DNA of 64,000 nucleotides from Squalus acanthias. Taxonomy: Eukaryota. This document shows positions 58,818-64,000 of the stretch, one piece after another (within the stretch, counting starts at the first letter, position 1; each line of letters opens with the position of its first letter). Made by a program: the position numbers and the translations under genes. The notes below the pieces were generated by a model. The model searched no databases and was not told the DNA's origin. It saw only the letters and a program-made list of their open reading frames with translations. The DNA lies in assembly GCA_030390025.1 (NCBI GenBank), contig CM059432.1, forward strand, positions 77,874,001-77,938,000, written 5' to 3'.

Positions 58818-61800
58818 TTACTCTCTCTCACCCTGGCCATTCCTCCTGGTACAACCCTCATCTTCGCTTGCTTAAGTCCAAGGGAAGAAGATTTGATCAG
58901 ATATGGCGGACAACTAGTTTAGCCATTCACCGCCAGATTTAGCCGGACCACATAAAGCATTATCGGGTCCTGCTCTCGTCTGCCAAAACTGCTCACTATT
59001 CCTGATCATTTTGGAATGCAAAGATAACCCCTGGTTTCTATTCGCTACTGCTAACCGTCTTCTTAAACCCCTCTCCCGTCTATTCCACCCTCACCTTTTT
59101 TTATTATTCATTTATGGGATGTGGGCGTTGCTGGCAAGGCCAGCATTTATTGCCCATCCCTAATTGCCCTTGAGAAGGTGGTGGTGAGCCGCCTTGAACC
59201 GCTGCAGTCCGTGTGGTGAAGGTACTCCCACAGTGCTGTTAGGGAGGGAGTTCCAGGATTTTGACCCAGCGACGATGAAGGATCGGCGATATACTTCTAA
59301 GTCAGGATGGCGTATGGCTTAGAGGGGAACTTGGAGGTGGTGGTGTTCCCATGCACCTGCTGCCCTTGTCCTTCTAGGTGGAAGAGGTCGCGGGTTTGGG
59401 AGGTGCTGCAGTGCATCTTGTAGATGGTACACACTGCAGCCACGGTACGCCGATGGTGGAGGGAGTGAATGTTCAAGGTGGTGGATGGAGTGCCAATCAA
59501 GCGGGCTGCTTTGTCCTGGATGGTGTCAAGCTTCTTGAGTGTTGTTGGAGCTGCAGTCATCCAGGCAAGTGGAGCGTATTACATCACACTCCTTACTTGT
59601 GCCTTGTAGATGGTGGAAAAGCTTTGGGGAGTCAGGTGAGACACTCGCCACAGAATACCTAGCCTCTGATCTGCTTTTGTTGCCACAGTATTTATGTGAC
59701 TGGTAGTTAAGTTTCTGGTCAATGGTGACCACCAGGATGTTGATGGTGGGGGATTCGGCGATGGTAATGCCGTTGAATGTCAAGGGGAGGTGGTTAGACT
59801 CTTGCTTGTTGGAGATAGTCATTGCCTGGCACTTCTGTGGCGCGAATGTTACCTGCCACTTATCAGCCCAAGCCTGAACGTCGTCCAGGTCTTGTTGCAT
59901 GCGGGCATGGACAGCTTCATTATCTGAGGAGTTGTGAACGGCTCTGAACACTGTGCAGTCATCAGCGAACATCCCCATTTCTGACCTTATGTTGGAGGGA
60001 AGGTCATTGATGAAGCAGCTGAAGATGGTTGGGCCTAGGACACTGGGCTGAGGAACTCCTGGGGCTGTGATGATTGACCTTCAACCACCACAACCATCTT
60101 CCTTTGTGCTCGGTATGACTCCAGCCAGTGGAGCGTTTTCCCCCCCCCGATTCCAATTGACTTCAGTTTTACTAGGGCTCCTTGATGCCACACTCGGTCA
60201 AATGCTGCCTTGAGTATCAGTGAGCAGGTTATTGGTGAGTAAGTGCTGCTTGATAGCACTGTCGATGACATCTTCCATCACTTTGCTGATGATTTAGAGT
60301 AGACTGATGGGGCGGTAATTGGCCGGGTTGGATTTGTCCTGCTTTTTGTGGACAGTTTGGCACCTCATTTTTAGGTACGCCTGGTGCTGCTCCTGGCATG
60401 CTCTTCTACACTCCTTACTGAACCAGGGTTGGTTCCCTGGCTTGATGGCAATGGTAGAGTGAGGGATATGCTGGGCCATGAGGTTACAGATTGTGGTGGA
60501 ATACAATTCTGCTGCTGCTGATGGCCCACAGCGCCTCATGGATGCCCAGTTTTGAGCTGCTAGATCTGTTCTGAATCTATCTCATTTAGCACGGTGGTAG
60601 TGCCACACAACAGAGGGTGTCCTCAGTGTGAAGACAGGACTTCATCTCCACAATGACTGTGTGGTGGTCACTGTTACCAATACTGTCATGGACAGATGCA
60701 TCTGTGACAGGTAGATTGGTGAGGACGAGGTCAAGTAGGTTTTTCCCTTGTGTTGATTCTCTCACCACCTGTCGCTGGCCCAGACTGGCAGTTATGTCCT
60801 TCAGGAGTCGGCCAGCTCGGTCAGTAGTGGTGCTGCCTGTCCTGCCGGTGGGATAGGACATACCCAGGGATGGTGACGGAGGGGTTTGGGACATTGGCTG
60901 AAAGGTATGATTCTGTGAATATGACTATGTCAGGCTGTTGCTTGTCTAGTCTGTGGGACAGCTCTCCCAATTTTGGCACAAGTCCCCAGATGTTGGTGAG
61001 GAGGACTTTGCAGGGTCGACTGGGCTGGGTGTGCCGTTGCCGTGTCCGTAGTCTGTGCCGAGGTCGATGCCGGGTGGTGCGTCCGGTTTCATTCTTATTA
61101 TTGTGTTTCGTAGCGGTTTGTTACAACTGAGTGACTTGCTAGGCCATTTCAGAGGGCAGTTAAGAGTCAACCATCATGGGTCTGGAGTCAGATGTAGGCC
61201 AGATCAGGTAAAGACGGCAGATTTCCTTCCCTAAAGGACATTAGTCCTTGGGGTTTTTAACAACAATCTGCCGACTTTGACACGGTTGACCACTCCATCT
61301 TACTCCAACGCCTCTCCACCGTCATCCAGCTGGATGGGACTGCACTCGCCTGGTTCCATTCTTATCTATCTAATCGTAGCCAGAGAATCACCTGCAATGG
61401 CTTCTCTTCCCGCTCCCGCATAGTTACCTCTGGTTTCCCCCAAGTATCTACTTGGCCCTCTCCTATTTCTCTCTACATGCTGCCCCTTGGCGACACCATC
61501 CGAAAACACAGAGTCAGTTTCCACATGTATGCTGACCCCAACTGTACCTCACTACCACTTCTCTCGGCCCCTCTACGGTCTCTAAATTGTCAGACTGCTT
61601 GTCCGGCATCCAGTACTGGATGAGCAGAAAATTTCTCCAATTAAATATTGGGAAGACCAAAGCCATTGTTTTCGGTCCCCGACACAAACTCTGTTTCCTA
61701 GCCACTGACTCCATCCCTCTCCCTTGCATCTGTCTTTGGCTGAACCAGACTGTTTGCAACCTTGGTGTCATATCTGATCCTGAAATGAGCTTCCTACCAC

Positions 61801-62488
61801 ATATCCGCAGCATTACTAAAACTGCCCATTTCCATCTCCGTAACATCGCTCATCTCCGACTCGCCTCAGCTCATCTCCTGCTTAAATCCTCATCCATGCC
61901 TTTGTTACCTCCAGACTTGACTATTTCAACACACTCCTGACTGGCCACCACACTCTACCCTACGTAAACTTGAGGTCATCCAAAACTCGGCTGCCCGTGT
62001 GCTAACTCGCACCAAGTCCCGTTCACACATCACCTCTGTGCTCGCTGACCTACATTGGCACCCAGTTAAGCAATGTCTCAATTTCAAAATTCTCATCCAT
62101 GTTTTCAAATCCCTCCATGGGCTCGCCCCTCCCCATCTCTGTAATCTCCTCCAGCCCCACAACCGAGATATGTGCGCTCCTCTAATTCTGCCCTCCTGCA
62201 CATCCCTGATTTTAATCACTCAACCATTGGTGGCCGTGCCTTCAACTGCCTAGGCCCTAAGCTCTGGAATTCCCTGCCTAATCCTCTCCACCTCCCTTTC
62301 CTCCTTTAAGACGCTCCTCCTTTAAGATGGTCCTTAAAACCTACCTCTTTGACCAAGCTTTTGGTCATCTGCCCTAATTTCTCATGTGGCTCGATGTCAA
62401 ATTTTTGTCTTATAATACTCCTATGAAGCGCCTTGGGATGTTTTACTACGTTAAAGGCGCTATATAAGTACAAGTTGTTGTTGTTGTT
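58818..62488 (+). mobile_element. L2 LINE (58818-59095 and 61269-62488), split by a family B LINE
   Basis: FDTVDHSILLQRL, LQLNIGKTKAIVF and HITSVLADLHWHPV. (gtt)n tail. Confidence 0.85.
59096..61268 (-). mobile_element. Family B LINE, reaching into the 5' UTR but with several internal deletions
   Basis: Reverse complement of 51871-55120 from the 5' UTR body to the poly-A. Deletion junctions near 60213, 60355 and 60838. Confidence 0.9.
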
Positions 62489-63367
62489 GATTTCACTAGA
62501 GAGGGTACAGAGGAGATTTATGAGGATGTTGCCAGGACTGGAGAATTTTAGCTATGAGGAAAGATTGGATAGGCTGGGGTTGTTTGCTTTGGAACAGAGG
62601 AGGCTGCAGGGAGACTTAATTGAGGTGTATAAAATTATAAGAGGCCTAGATAGAGTGGCTAGGAAGGACCTATTTCCCTTAGCAGAGAGGTCAATAACCA
62701 GGGGGCATAGATTTAAAGTAATTGGTAGAAGGATTAGAGGGGAGTTGAGGAGAACTTTATTCACCCAGAGGGTGATAGGGGTCTGGAACTAAATGCCTGA
62801 AAGGGTGGTAGAGGCAGAAACCCTCATCGCATTTAAAAAGTACTTGGATATGCACTTGAAGTGCCGTAACCTACAGGGCTATGGACCAAGTGGGTTTAGG
62901 CTGGATAGCTCTTTTTCGGCCAGCAGTCACGATGGGTCGAATGGCCTCCTTCTGTGCTATAAATTTCTATGATTCAAAGATTAACCCTCACTTCCAGCAC
63001 AGTCAGCAACTCCTTCTCTGAACACCAACACAAAAGAAATTATTCAAAGCATCTGGCATTTCCCAGTTCCTCGATAACATCCCCATTTGATACCTTTCAA
63101 CAGCCCTGCTACTTTGATCACAAACATGATAAAGTAGGTTAACACAGATCCAGTAATGCCAACGCCACCGTCTCATAAATCAGGAGAAAAACTCTTAAAA
63201 ATCAAGAGACTGGGTATAAAAATCATGAGTTGCTATTTTTTTCCAAACATAAACCAATCTAGATTGACAGTTGATTTATAAACCTCACTAGTGGCTTATT
63301 TAATCTCCAACGGGTCACAACTTCTGCATCTGAAAATGCTTTACAAATAACTTAAAAAAAATTCTAC

Positions 63368-63511
63368 CTGTTATCACCACGTTGCTATGTATCTCAGTTT
63401 AAGGTTACGATGACAGTTATTGGGATGACATCTGCTGGAGTGTTGCGCGCTTAGCAATTTGCAGTAGCTGTTGGGAAGGTTTCAGTTCATAGCAAGAGCT
63501 TTTATTAAAAT
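63368..63511 (-). other. Candidate orphan exon encoding a C-terminus, xFNKSSCYELKPSQQLLQIAKRATLQQMSSQ*
   Basis: ttttcag acceptor, open only in phase 1, stop at 63417-63419, then donor CAG|gtagaa. Gene unidentified. Confidence 0.35.
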
Positions 63512-64000
63512 CTGAAAATATTGAAATGGCAGTGCCGTGTTTTAATAAGTATGGATTATATAAAAATATTAGCATAAATCCAGATTCACAGACCAAAAAA
63601 GGAGGAAGTTCTGCCATTTCAATATCTTCAGATGTATTTAGGCATCTAAATCACCCTTAGATGTGGATGGTAAACTTCCAGACAACTTTGTTATGGAACT
63701 GTGTAAAAAGGAGTAAAGATTTGTCTGGTACCCTTTGGCTAATATTCCTTACATGGCTTATGAATGAATTATCCAGCTGCAGCTTTATTACAGGATCCCC
63801 TACGTAGATGCCTCTAGATTAATATTCAGTATTACGAGCGATGTCCAAGTGTGTGATTATAGGGCTGAACAGTGGTCGATCTTGGGAAGAGAAAGGAAGG
63901 AGGGGGAGCATACTTAATTGAAATATTTTGCACAATGCCCCATCGGGACCATATACCTCCACCACTGAAGAGGCAACAACATGAAGTAACACCGTTCCTA

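Larger units (their letters stand above)
56895..62975 (+). mobile_element. CR1 LINE (end of APE to 3' end) split at 58818-62489 by nested elements
   Basis: [33 protein letters not shown] and KFADD. Resumes at 62490 with LERVQRRFMRMLPGL. Confidence 0.9.

Overview
Repeat-dense vertebrate DNA, most likely from a cartilaginous fish (shark-type V-SINE/HE1, DeuSINE, CR1, L2, RTE and Penelope families). The one confidently identified host gene is PDE7A (cAMP phosphodiesterase 7A) on the minus strand. Four coding exons (31614-31674, 21162-21245, 12895-13046, 7784-7847) have canonical splice sites and compatible phases, and match human PDE7A1 exons 2-5 as I recall them. Exon 1 and the remaining catalytic exons are not visible. 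Most of the rest is nested transposable-element sequence: CR1, L2, a near-complete RTE, a degraded DIRS retrotransposon, Penelope-like elements carrying minimal hammerhead ribozymes of two families, a PIF/Harbinger element that keeps a spliced Myb/SANT gene but has lost its transposase, several MITEs, and a 7.3-kb polypyrimidine/polypurine minisatellite tract. The most intriguing observation is a six-copy, ~3.25-kb single-ORF LINE family whose full-length copy starts with a tRNA-derived A/B-box head, has almost no T4 runs and has an AUG-less ORF. It is a candidate Pol III-driven LINE. All identifications were made by eye and from memory of these families; no searches were run, and TE boundaries are approximate unless a TSD is quoted.
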